From: Octopus sinensis
Taxonomy: Eukaryota
Length of the DNA stretch: 64,000 nt
Assembly (NCBI RefSeq): GCF_006345805.1
Contig: NC_043009.1
Coordinates: forward strand, 31,124,001 to 31,188,000
Direction of reading: 5' to 3'
A model generated the notes under the pieces. The model was not told the DNA's origin and ran no database searches. It worked only from the letters and a program-made list of their open reading frames with translations. Each line of letters begins with the position of its first letter. The first letter of the stretch is position 1. Positions 14,156 to 26,213 of the stretch are shown piece after piece. The position numbers and the translations under genes were made by a program.

Positions 14156-14829
14156 TAAAAAGCTAAGCTAAATAATGACAACAGTATTTCTTTTGTAAAT
14201 ATATAATTCTGTTACATTGTATCACACTACATCATAAAATATGATTCTTTATTTTGAAGCATCCTTCTCCAAATGCCAAGTTATTATTTCACATCTGAAT
14301 GCTTATTTATCATAGTATTTGGGCTGAAAATTAAAATTCCAAATTATCATCTCAAATGCAGTTCTTTTACTGATAAGGTATTGATCTAGAGAATTGAAGC
14401 CACCAGCAGCTGTTTTCTTCAGATATATTTGAGTATTTGACAAGCTTATAATTCTATATGATTCGAGATACTTTCTTCATTTATTTCAAATGCAAAATTG
14501 CTGAAAATTACATTGGATTTAGAAACAAAGCCAGGAATAAAACCATTTATGATTGCAGATCAGTGGCAAAGTTCAACATTGGTGACAGTTCATCAAAGAC
14601 CCCTTCTGATTCTTGTAACTGAAATAATAAAACAACAAAACCAGCCAAGTACATTATCGTCATTTTAATCATCATTTATATGTTGACTTTTCCATTATTT
14701 GAATAAGTCGGACAGGAACCAGTGAGTGTTGCCAACAGGAAGGGCTGGCTGTCTTTCTTGTTAAAAACACAGAGTTTTCCCAAGCAAGATAATAGTTTCC
14801 CCATAGCCGTAATAATATTTTCCCTGTTC

Positions 14830-15015
14830 TGGTGCCACATAAAAAAACACCCAGTTCACTCTGTGAAATGGTTGGCATTAGGAAGGGCATGCAGATATAG
14901 AAACCATGCCAAAACAGACAGAAGAGCATCATGCAGTCCTTGACTCAGTGGATCCTTGTTAAACCATCCATGTTAAACCCATGCCAGTTTGGAACATGGA
15001 TGTCAAATGATGATC
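14830..15015 (+). mobile_element. RTE-family 3' tail fragment
   Basis: ggttggcattaggaagggcatgcag..acccatgccag..tgtcaaatgatgat. Confidence 0.8.
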
Positions 15016-15032
15016 ACACTGATATATGTACG

Positions 15033-15083
<51 letters not shown>

Positions 15084-15090
15084 TATTTAT

Positions 15091-15244
15091 ATTATTTACA
15101 TTCGACGGATATTTGTCCTCATCTTGTTTGTTATAAACACGTTTCAGCTGATTTACCCTCGAGCTTTCTTCAGGTGGCTTGGGAAAATTTCGAACCTGGG
15201 TTCTCAAACAAGATGAGGGCAAGTATCCTTCGAATGTAAATAAT
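15091..15244. mobile_element. Short inverted-repeat element with 40-bp arms, probably Penelope-like-derived
   Basis: 15091-15130 versus 15205-15244 are inverted with 3 mismatches; the loop carries ctgaaga..gaaacg on the minus strand; flanked by (TA)n. Confidence 0.65.
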
Positions 15245-15320
15245 GTACATAATTCCTCATTTCTTAAATATAGAACTATATATATACATGTGTGAGTATA
15301 TATATGTGTGTGTATAAATA

Positions 15321-15385
<65 letters not shown>

Positions 15386-15716
15386 ATATATATATATATA
15401 TACATATGAAAAAACAAGTCAAGATAGAAAATGCTAAAATAATTTTATAAAGAACATTTCAGTATCGGTTCCGGTCATTTGAGACCTTTTCAACTGTAAC
15501 AATTAAATAATTAAATTTAGAAAAATTTTTAAAAAGTTTTTTTAAAAGAATATTTGTATAGTGTTCAAATGTAAGTGGCATTTTCCTTGTTTCTGCCTTT
15601 CTCTGTCTCTCTTGTTTACTCTTGTGGGTTCGAGGTCGTTGTGAATTCTTGGTAGGGAAGAGGAAAAAGAAGGAGGAGGAGGAAGATAAGTACATATGTA
15701 TATACATATGTATGTA

Positions 15717-15945
15717 TTCTTTTGCTTCAGTCATTTGACTGCAGTCATGCTGGAGCACCGCCTTTAGTCATGCAAATGTATATATGTGTGTGTGATAGGC
15801 TTCTTTCCATTTCCACCTACCAAATTCACTTGCAAGATGTTGGTCAGTCTGGTGCTTTAGCAGAAGACAAATGCCCAAGGTGCCATTCAGTGGGGATGAA
15901 CTGGAAACCATGAGCTTGCAATGCAAATTTCTTAACGGCGTAAGC
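15717..15945 (-). mobile_element. SINE-B copy with an internal deletion
   Basis: cagtcatttgactgcagtcatgctggagcaccgcc and gaagacaaatgcccaaggtgcca motifs. Confidence 0.8.
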
Positions 15946-16619
15946 ATGCCAACACTTGCATGTGTGTCTGTGTGCACATATATATATATATATATATATA
16001 TATGTAGATATGTTCCTGTATGTACATGTGTATGTGTATGCCTTAATAGATATTTCCACATGTGTGTATGTATATATACATACATGTGGAAATATCTATA
16101 AAGGCATACACGTGTGTGTATGTATATATACATACACACGCATGTGTATGTGTATTTCCATGTGTGTGTATGTATATATACAAACCAGCAGACACACAAA
16201 CATATACACACAGACCAACACCCACACACACACATATATACACCGAGAAAAGCTGAGCGGCATAAAGAGAAAGATAGCAAGAGGTGGGAGAAAATTTTCA
16301 AGAAGAAAGCAGGCATCTGAAATTTGTCCTTAAGAAATGCAGTCAGAACTTTATCATGAAATAGCACTGTAATTCCTTTAACATTCATCGTTATCATTAA
16401 GCAGGAAGTTCGTTTAATTTATTGTTGATGAGATGAAATATAAACCTCCTTCAGGAAACAAAAACATATAAAACAAGAAATCCTGAGAAACTTGAAGTAA
16501 TACTTCAAATTTCTTGAAAGATTTTGTAATTAATAATTAACAGATAATATATGTATGTGTGTACATGTATATATGTGTATGTATGTGTGTGTATGTGTGT
16601 ATAAAGTATATATATCATA

Positions 16620-16830
16620 GCCATCATCATCATCACAATTTAACATCCGCTTTTCATGCTGCCATGGGTTGGGTTGTTTGACAGAAGACTCTGCTAAGCT
16701 CTGCAGTCTCTTTTACAAGATTTCTACAGCTTGATGCCCAACCTAGCACCAACCATTTTGCAGAGTGGATTAAATGCTTTTTATGTGGCACCAGCATCAG
16801 TGAGGTTACTAAATGATTTAGAAGAGAAGA
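16620..16830 (-). mobile_element. RTE-family 3' tail fragment
   Basis: (CAT)n, tttaacatccgcttttcatgc, gctttttatgtggcacc. Confidence 0.75.
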
Positions 16831-17113
16831 ACCCATAACTGAAAGGGAGATAGGTATTGGGGAAGTCAATTTGAGCCAGACGAGTGATTAAAGTATGAAT
16901 AGAAGGACAGAAGTGGGTGTCTGAGGGGAGAGGAACTTTTGACCAACCCTGGAAATATAAAGGGTATGGCGAATAAACTGTTATTATGCAAAAGTGAAAA
17001 TAACACTGACATCTCATTTTAACAGATGATCATAATGATATTTACTGAAATTACATAAAAATATCTTGAAATACTAAAGAATAAACACAGACACACATAT
17101 ACATACATACATA

Positions 17114-17165
<52 letters not shown>

Positions 17166-17374
17166 ATATAATCAAAATAAGCAACAAGGATATCCAAGGT
17201 AGTGTAGTACAATCGTTTCATGCTACTTCATTTTATTAAACAATTGCATTGTTTAATATAATTTTGATTATAATCACCCCATTTGATTTATATGGATAAT
17301 ACCATACCAAATTCTTGTGCCTTTAAATTAAGTACCATATTCATCTGAATCTAAATTTTGCTGAACCTATATAT

Positions 17375-17630
17375 CATCATCATCATCATCATTTAACGTC
17401 CACTTTCCATGCTAGCATGGGTTGGACGGTTTGACTGTGGGCTGGCGAACCAGATGGCTGCACCAGGCTCAGGCTTCTTTCAGTTTCTGTCTAACAAATT
17501 CACTCACAAGGCGTTGGTTGGCCCAAGGCTGTTGTGAAGACACTTACCCAAGGTGCGATGCAATGGGACTGAACCCAGAACCATGTAGTTGGTAAGCAAG
17601 CTATTTACCACACAACCACTCCAGCGCCTC
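17375..17630 (-). mobile_element. RTE 3' tail (17375-17470) abutting a SINE-B 5' half (17470-17630)
   Basis: tttaacgtccactttccatgctagcatgggttggacgg followed by ggcttctttcagtttc..accacacaaccactccagcgcc. Confidence 0.85.
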
Positions 17631-17635
17631 TATGA

Positions 17636-17741
17636 AAAAAATTGTTTAAATATTTTATGTATTGTAGAAACATAGTCAGTTTATTGCAGATAAACTTTAA
17701 CAACCCCTTAAGGGCCATATGGACCCTGTTGAGAACCACTG
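17636..17741 (-). mobile_element. hAT (Charlie-like) MITE end fragment
   Basis: TIR ttgagaaccactg; the body matches 54425-54570 in reverse complement. Confidence 0.7.
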
Positions 17742-18238
17742 ATGCACTCCATCCATCACACAATATCTCCAACCAAATGCAGTATCATTTGGGAGACTGT
17801 TTCTGATCCCCAATTTCTAAAATGTTTAATTTATCTAATATCTGTTTCATCCTTCCATCTTGTCTGATGTTGTGGCTTGGTTTTCTGGCATAAATTTCTG
17901 TAAGAGCAAAACTGTGTTCACCTCTATAGAAATACAGGCACCGTTGGCAGCCAAAAGTAACCAAGTTGTAGAACCATCGGATGTCAGTATCATAAAACAC
18001 ACCCAATGTCATAATGCATCACATTCCGCAAAGAATTAAACCAATTTCCTCCACAGACACATGTAACTCTCAAGTATTTCACAGCCTGCTTGGAATTTTA
18101 TGAACGATGAGAATTATGATGAACCCATGTGTGTGTATATGTGCATATGTATACATACAAGATATATGTACACATATGTACCAATATATATAGGTATATG
18201 CTGTGTGTTTGTGTACATAGGTATATATGTATGTGAGC

Positions 18239-18285
<47 letters not shown>

Positions 18286-19632
18286 CACACTTAGAATTCA
18301 ATGTGGTAAACTGGATATCCTGCTGACACTTTGAACAGCAACTAATCGTCTGTCTTTATATATATGTACCTGCGGTTGTATATTGATATATAAAACTGTA
18401 TGTATGCACATATATGTAAATGTGTGTGTGTATAATGTATATATGCGTGTCTATTGATTTTTATGGGTTAAAAGATCTACAGAAATAGATAGAATTCTTC
18501 CTTAGGTGAATTTTTCCACTATTTTACACACATCCACACATAAACACATACACACATACAAACACATATAAACACATGTATACGCACACACACATGCTAA
18601 TCACTTTTTACGTATATCGTTCACCATTACTATTGTTGTTGTTCTTTTCGTTGCTGTTGTTGTTGTTGTTTTTATTATTATTATTATTATTATTGCAAGA
18701 GTGAAGTATTCATTAGAACATAAATACAACATATTTCGGAACCAATGCTACAAATGTAACACAAAAGTAAATAGCAATGGTAGTGGTGAAGGTGATGATG
18801 ATGATAATGATGATGATGATGATAACCTTAAATAGAAGAAAAGATGAATGAGGAGAAATAGGAGTAGGAGGAGAAAGAAAAGGACGAGAAGAAGAAGAAG
18901 AAGAAGACTGAATGCAATCCAATAAGTTGATTTGTGTAATGAAAGAATCTATTTTTAGTTCTCAAGATAAAAGCTAAAAATATAAAAGTGAAGACGGAAT
19001 CTGGTCCATTTTTATTGATACATTTTCTTCACCATTGGCCAATTCCATGTCTTTTATTATGGTAAATGTAAAAGTAGATGAAGACATGTGACTGTGAAAA
19101 GGTAGCAACCGTTGTCATTGCAGTAGATGGTGGTGGTGGTGGTGGTGGTGGTGGTGGTGGTGGTAGTGGTGGATTAGGTTGCTGCTACTGCTGTTGATGA
19201 TGATGATGATGATGATGATGGTGATGACGATGATAGTGATGATAATGAAGTTGTCTGTCAAGGTTATAAGAGAAATTAAAACGACAATTATAATAATGTT
19301 TGTTGATTATGATTTTAGCAGAAAAGATGGTGGTGATGATGATGGTGGTGACAACAATAATGACAATGTTGAGGAATATTATGATATCATAGCTATGATA
19401 ATAAAACAACAAATCGATACGAAGGCGACAGTATGTGATTCATTTTTCTTGTGGTTTTAGTTTCAATGCCCTGTGGTCTGGGTTCAAAACTACCCAAGAC
19501 AATTCTGCCTCTCATCCTTTCAGAGGCTGGTAAATACTTGTTTTTGATGGTGAATTGAATGAACAATACCAACATATACACACTCACTTATATATGTATA
19601 AGCATGTATAAGTACTTGTATGTCTATAAGTA

Positions 19633-20050
19633 TCATCATCATCATCATCGTCGTTTAATGTCTGCTTTCAATGCTGGCATGGGTTGGACAGTTTGACTGA
19701 GGACTGGCAAGCCAGATGGCTGCACCAGGCTCCAATCTGATCTGGCAAAGGTTTCCATAGCTGGATTCCCTTCCTAACGCCAACTACTTTGAGAGTGTAG
19801 TTGTTCCTTTTTATGTGCCACAATCACAAGGGCCAGTCAACCGGTACTGGTATTGGTGCTTTTTATGTGCCACCGGCATGGAAGCCAGTCAGGCGGTACA
19901 GGCATTGGCCATGACAATGATTTCACTTGACACTACAGGTCTTTGCAAGCACAGTTTATTGCCCAATGATTGAAGGGTACTCTTAAATGGGATAGTTGTG
20001 CTGCACTGGCTTAGGCCATGGTTATGGTCTCACTTGGCTTGCTGGGTCTT
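19633..20050 (-). mobile_element. RTE-clade LINE 3' UTR, same family as 11575-12423
   Basis: Collinear reverse-complement match including the tandem gtggcacataaaaag units. Confidence 0.9.
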
Positions 20051-20054
20051 TATG

Positions 20055-20475
20055 TGTATTTATCTCTTGGATACAGCTTGGCAACTCTACAGGTCCACCT
20101 GTTGTCTGTAAACCTTGCAACTTACCCGACCCAGTAGAATTGGTGCTTTTGGTCCTCTGTGATCACATCATTCTCTCCAATCCATTCCTGAATTATCTAA
20201 TTTCAACTGTGCTCTTCAAACGATATTTCTGGCATGGATCTTTCCATGGACCATTTGCGTTGTAACCAATCAAAGTTCTATCCTGTCTGTAGTTGCCCAC
20301 ATCTCACCTGCATATAAGAGCACAGGTGGGATGCTGCTACTGAACAGTCTGGCACATATGGCATTGTCTAGCTTTGTTTGGAGCACATCCTTTATTAAAT
20401 TAAATACCCCCCCCCCCAATCCTACCCTTATTCTCTTTGAGATTTCAGCATCCACATATCGGTGAATATTCACTG
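20055..20475 (-). mobile_element. Degenerate RTE-clade reverse transcriptase C-terminal fragment, second family
   Basis: EISKRIRVG..RLFSSSIPPVLLYAGEMW..MERSM..WVG*VARFTDNRWTCRV..YPRD. Confidence 0.85.
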
Positions 20476-20483
20476 GGATATTC

Positions 20484-20915
20484 TTTTATTCTTTTACTTG
20501 TTTCTGTTATTTGACCGTGGCCATGCTGAAGCACTGCTTTTAGTCGAACAAATTGACCCTAGGACTTATTGTTTGTAAGCCTAGTGCTTATTTTATCGGT
20601 CTCTTTTGCCAAACTGCTAAGTTATGGGGATGCAAGCACACCAACAGTTGCCAAGTAATGCTGGGGAGACAGACACACAAACTTATACACACACATACAC
20701 ACACACATACACACACACATACACACACACAGACACGCACACACACACATACACACATACACACACACACACATATACGGCAGGCTTCTTTCAGTCTCTG
20801 TCTACCAAATCCACTTACAAGGCTTTAGTTGGCCTGAAGCTATAGTAAAAGACACTTGCCCAAGGTGTCACACAGTGGGGCTGAACCTGAAACCATATGG
20901 CTGGTATCCATAAGT
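20484..20915 (-). mobile_element. SINE-B copy with internal (CA)n
   Basis: Both halves are present around a CA microsatellite. Confidence 0.9.
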
Positions 20916-20921
20916 TTCTTG

Positions 20922-21005
20922 TGGAGGCACGTCGCTTAGTGGTTAAGAGTGTTACACTCATGATCATAGGATTGTGGGTTCAATTCCTAGATTGAGCAAT
21001 ATGAC
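20922..21005 (+). mobile_element. SINE-C tRNA-like head only
   Basis: ggaggcacgtcgcttagtggttaagag..gtgggttcaattcc (A and B boxes). Confidence 0.65.
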
Positions 21006-22127
21006 GAGTGTGTATATTTTGGTTTGAGTGCAGATGAAATAGTGAAATACCAAGCATAAATATATAATTGTATTGACACACATACAAATATGCATATGTA
21101 TATTTGTTTATATGAGAAGTGGGTCTTGTAAACCTCTTGGCTTTAAGGGCATCAGGAAAGACCTAGCTGGAGGCTCAATCTTCCAAATTCTTTTACAGAG
21201 CGTAGAAAATCCAAAGGAGTACTGCAATAAGTATGTGAACCTGAGAGGGGAATATGTTTTAAAATCATATTAATAATACTAAATGTCTGGAGATGTTTGC
21301 ATGTAACCGAAATATCTCAGAAATAGTATTTGGACCTCTATTAATGAAAACTATTAAACATAATTTCTTTTTATTTCTTGAGGAAAAATAACATAGCTTC
21401 CGTGACATCAACACACATACACACATATAATAAATGTCATGGAGTGTCAATTAACACAAACACACGTCCACCATATGTGACACATACATGCACATAGTCT
21501 TCATGTTCTCTATGAAAAAAATATTGACTTTTTGACATACAATATTTTAATCATTTGGAAATATTTTTAACTGAATGGGATTTCAAAATGTAAGTTGTTT
21601 GAATAGTAAGTATTTATATTTTAGCTTTCTTTAAACAGATAGTATTTTAATGTTTTATTTCAATTATTTTCAAGTGAATGGCAATCTTTTGCTTGTCATT
21701 CGGAGTTCGTTAATTTCCGTAATAAAATTTTTATTTATTTACATTTGTTTTAAAGTGAAAGAGAGGATAATTTGAAAGATGTATGTACATGCATATGAAA
21801 TGGATTTGTGTGTGTGAAAGAGAAAGAGACAGAAAGAAAGAGAGAAAAGAGAGAGTGAGAAAGAGAGAGAGTGAATGAAGGTGTGTTGTCATGTATACAT
21901 ACATACATCAATACATATAAGCACATCTTTTTTGTATGTACGTGTGCATGCGTTTGTGAGAGTGAGAGAGAGAGTATGTGAGTGAATGTGTGTGTTCTCA
22001 TGTATGTGTAAGTGGCACTCTCTCTCTCTCACACACACATATATTTCATATACATGTTCATACATCTTTCACTTTCTTCTCTCCTTCTCTTTAAAACAAA
22101 AGTAATTGTGGAAGAATTTGTGGTGTG

Positions 22128-22202
22128 GGTAGTTTAGCTTAATGTTTCAGAGCACCATGATGCGTAATCATGGAGGTGTGAGTTCGAGTCTCATAGCCAG
22201 CT
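22128..22202 (+). pseudogene. tRNA-like pseudogene, Thr(CGT)-like
   Basis: Cloverleaf with D arm gctt/gagc, anticodon stem catga/tcatg around loop tgCGTaa, T arm gtgag-TTCGAGT-ctcat; two acceptor mismatches and no U33; T7 run 8 nt downstream. Confidence 0.65.
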
Positions 22203-22907
22203 TCCAGCACTTTTTTCTGCAAAATAGGGGTAGCTTGTCTTGTTCAGGCTATATTATTAGCATTATCCTGTGTTTGAGAATTTAAAATCACTTCTTTAAC
22301 TTTCTTAGACATCTCAACACTTCTAAAGCAAACTTTGTTTACATTCTTTATAATTTGAATTTAGATAAATAATCTTTTACAGAAATTAACAAACAAAACC
22401 AGCTGATCCAGATGACACGTTTGAGAGCCAAAATGAAAGATCACCCCAAGGGAATTTCATTAAAAAAATTTCTTGGAGTGCATTTAACTTATCTCAGCTC
22501 TAAACATTTGGCTGCTGTCTCTAGCATACCCTGCTACCACATAACAGCTATTTGTGATAAAGGACCCAAAATACCTGTTACATTGCAGGATGTGCAAGAA
22601 ATAGCAGCCAGATATTTCCTTTCTGGTGAAAGGAGCTGTTTACACGTGATTTCGATGTCACATGCTTTGAAGCTAAGAACCTCGAAAAGAAAAAAAACCA
22701 TGAAACAAAACTCCATTGCTGGGAAACTTAGACTTTTCAAGTGACCCAGGGGGTCATTGGTAGTCTAATAATCAACTGATCCTCCTGTATTTTCATTTAC
22801 CCAAAGCCAGGAACTTTTGAGCACCCCCTTTAGCTATATATATGTGTATGTATATATATATGTATGTGTGTGTGTGTGTGTGCGTATGTGTGTGTGTGTG
22901 TATGTGG

Positions 22908-22963
<56 letters not shown>

Positions 22964-22964
22964 G

Positions 22965-23245
22965 CCTTATGGAGGCAATGACCAAGAGCTTTGGGATTAT
23001 ATTATGATTGAGAAGAAGACCCATCAAGCCAAGCAAAATCACAGTCGTGGCAAATACCAGTGTCATGCAAATGCCACCCGTGTCGGTGGCACATAAAAGT
23101 ACCCATTACAGTCTCAGTGATTGACATTAGGAAGGGCATGCAGCTGTAGAAAACCATGCCAAATTAGACTGGATCCTGGCACAGCCTGCCAGCCCAGTCA
23201 AACCGTCTAACCATGGCAGCATGGACAATGGATGTTAATGATGAT
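22965..23245 (+). mobile_element. RTE-clade LINE 3' end
   Basis: gagaagaagacccatcaagccaag, cgtgtcggtggcacataaaag, attaggaagggcatgcagctgtagaa and a (GAT)n tail. Confidence 0.85.
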
Positions 23246-23274
23246 GATAATATGTATATATATATATATATATA

Positions 23275-23320
<46 letters not shown>

Positions 23321-23412
23321 TGTGTGTGTATATATAGATATATATGTATTACTATGTATGCATATACACATGTGTAATTATGCTTATATATATATGGGTG
23401 TGTGTATGTATA

Positions 23413-23755
23413 TACAGGGTGTTCCAAAAGTCAATGATAGGTTTCAATTTTTAATAACTTCCTTAACTTTACAAATAACTGAATGAAATGTTGATACACT
23501 ATAAAGAACATAATGGAAATTAATATGCATAAGTCAAATTTTGCAACACCATATCACATATGAAAAATGACTTTGCTTCAATGGCAGCCATTTTCAGCTT
23601 CACACACCCATGCACTTTCCAAAACTTGTACCATAACACCCTTTAGAATTTCAGACCCCACTTCTCTGATTTCTCTATTGATATTCTCCTTCAGTTTCAT
23701 CAGGGTCTCTGGTTTGTTGACATAAACACCATCTTTCAGGTATCCTCACAAGAAG
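23413..23755 (-). mobile_element. Tc1/mariner-superfamily transposon 3' fragment with one TIR
   Basis: Minus strand reads FL*GYLKDGVYVNKPETLMKLKENINREI...ENGCH, matching the FLWGYLKxxVY..NGGH transposase C-terminus; TA+cagggtgttccaaaagtc terminus. Confidence 0.85.
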
Positions 23756-23824
23756 ATAACCATTACTATCTCGTCTTCATTCAACCTCATTTTTTTTCCA
23801 GTTGTATGCCATGTTGGACCACTG

Positions 23825-23989
23825 AACTCTACAGTTTTTTCTCTGTTTTTTTCTCTCTTATTCCTTTCTGCCAAAGAATGCAGTGTTGAAAAGTAAAAGA
23901 CTTTTCCATTTTTCCAGAGCATCAAACTAATACACCTGCTTGTGGTTCCTACACCTATCTTCATCTTTGGTTTTTCTGTAAATTTGAAC

Positions 23990-23992
<3 letters not shown>
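23825..23992 (+). mobile_element. Short interspersed repeat, inverted copy of 40320-40495 (Penelope-like remnant?)
   Basis: aaaagacttttcc..aaactaatacac..tcttcatctttgg..aaatttgaactata. Confidence 0.6.
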
Positions 23993-24036
<44 letters not shown>

Positions 24037-25292
24037 ATATAATATATATAATATAATATAATATATATAAAAGGATAAAATTGTTAAAAATTTTATCTGA
24101 AACCAGCATATAAAAAAAAAGACCCATTAAGGTGAAATTCTAAATACAATTATAAATAAATGTATAGAAAAATTTTTTTCATTGCCTGTATGCTGAAAAG
24201 AGATGCCTAATCATTGAACCATGTTAAATATCGTCACTATTATTAATATGCACATGTCGAAATGAGGAAGCAAGTTAACAGAAATTCATGAAATTGAGTT
24301 ATTTCTGGATTGGACCAATTTCTGGATTAACCTAAAAGGTTCGACTATTTAACGTCTCTTTTCCGCATATAGGCAAAGAAAATTTTTTCCTATGCCCTTA
24401 TTTATAATTTATATATATGTGTGTGTATGTATGTATATGTGTATGAATGTATATGTGTATGTATGTATATGTGTATGTATGTGTGTATGTATTATATATG
24501 TATATATCCATGTATGTATGTATGTATATATATGTATGTATGTATGTATAAGTATTTATGTATGTATATATATATGTATGTATATATATATGTGTGTATG
24601 TATAAGGATGTGTGAGAAGGAACAAAGGCACATCCAGAATTACAGGATGTCTTGAAAGAGTGGAGTGTGGTATGATGGGTTTCATTCTGTGAATAATTGA
24701 AAAGAAGTATTTAGTTAAATTAGAACGCAATTTCCTCAAATGTCTATTTTAATTTTCAGCATTGAGGTGGTACATCATAAAGGAACAGTTTCTTTTCTCT
24801 GCTGTCTGCTATAAGAATTTACCAATAATGGAACCTAAGAAACCTATTCCATGCATAGAATCCTTCCAAACGTTCTTCCCTGCAGCTACTTCCATTTTGA
24901 TTCTTTATCTTTTTAGATTCATGCTATTCACAAATATGATTTCATTTGAAATGTCACAGTAACTGAGTGTATATGATTGGTGGTCCAGCAGATAAATACA
25001 CTGATGATATAAATGTTGCAGAGATTGGAAGTTCAAACATTACATTTAGAAATCTCCATGTATTTCTGTGCAAAAATCTCTATTATTCTACATTGCTTCA
25101 GTTCGTCAATATATTACTGGTTGTGGCATATGAATGTTTAGTATGATACCATTGGTTTCACACTGAATGCTTCTTTTACACAATTCTTAATTGTTCTGTT
25201 ATGTGTATTGAGTGTGATTGTGTTTCTGATATCTAACTTATGGACAACAATGCAACAATATCATAAATACATACATATATATAAATATATAA

Positions 25293-25352
<60 letters not shown>

Positions 25353-25399
25353 CTTCGGTGATCAGATGAGAACCGGTGCTTTCAACGTAATATATATAT

Positions 25400-25508
25400 A
25401 TATTATGCTGAAAGCACCGGTTCTCATCTGATCACCGAAGTTAAGCAACGTCGAGCCTAGTCAGTACTTAGATGGGTGACAGCTTGGGAAACCTAGGTGC
25501 ATTAAGCA
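25400..25508 (+). pseudogene. 5S rRNA-derived sequence lacking about 10 nt at the 5' end
   Basis: tgaaagcaccggttctcatctgatcaccgaagttaagcaacgtcgagcctagtcagtacttagatgggtgacagcttgggaaacctaggtgc matches invertebrate 5S rRNA, including box A, the intermediate element and box C. Confidence 0.92.
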
Positions 25509-25509
25509 T

Positions 25510-25662
25510 AGCACATTGTTGGCGTTAGGAAGAGCATCCAGCCGTAGAAACATTGCCAGATCAGACTGGGCCTGGTGCAGCCTTCTGGCTTCCCAGACCC
25601 CAGTTGAACCGTCCAACCCATGCTAGCATGGAGAACGGACGTTAAACGATGATGATGATGAT
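25510..25662 (+). mobile_element. RTE-family 3' tail fused directly to the 5S sequence
   Basis: gttggcgttaggaagagcatccagccgtagaaac..ggacgttaaacgatgatgatgatg; CpGs are retained, suggesting a young copy. Confidence 0.9.
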
Positions 25663-26213
25663 ATAAAGAATGAGGAGAAAATGGGGAGGTAATAAATAAT
25701 AAAGTATCATTTATTAATTATAAAATATAAAATCTGACAGCTGTTTTGATTCAGTAATCTTTAGATAATTAATTTATAAAATTAACCAATATTTTCATTG
25801 GATTTTATTATCCCTTAATGAGGGATAATACTTTACTTGAATATGCATACACACGCATATGCAGCTGCCCACTATGAAGCTAAAGATCAGAGAAATCTGC
25901 AGTTGTTCTATCCCGATTACATGTTCAGGTTTATACCTGTAATTATTGAAGCACTGAGGTATGTAACACACTGCCTACATACCAATCTTGAGAAATTAGA
26001 TTTCTCTCAACCAGAAAAGAGAAAGCTGATTTCAACACTACAAATCCAAGTCATCAGTGGAACTGTAAAAATCTGTAATACTTTCCAGAAGTTTATCATT
26101 TAAATATATATGAGCAAGTATATTTATGTATATATGCAAGTATATGCATGAGAACACATACATAAAAGAAAACATACAAATCTGCACATATACATAAATA
26201 CATACATATATAT

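Noticed and set aside
22412-22744. 110-aa non-repetitive ORF
   Set aside because: No recognisable motif or splice signals; the length is compatible with chance
25400-25508. Functional 5S rRNA gene
   Set aside because: The 5' end is missing, helix II is mutated, there is no oligo-T terminator, it is not in a tandem array, and it is fused to a LINE tail
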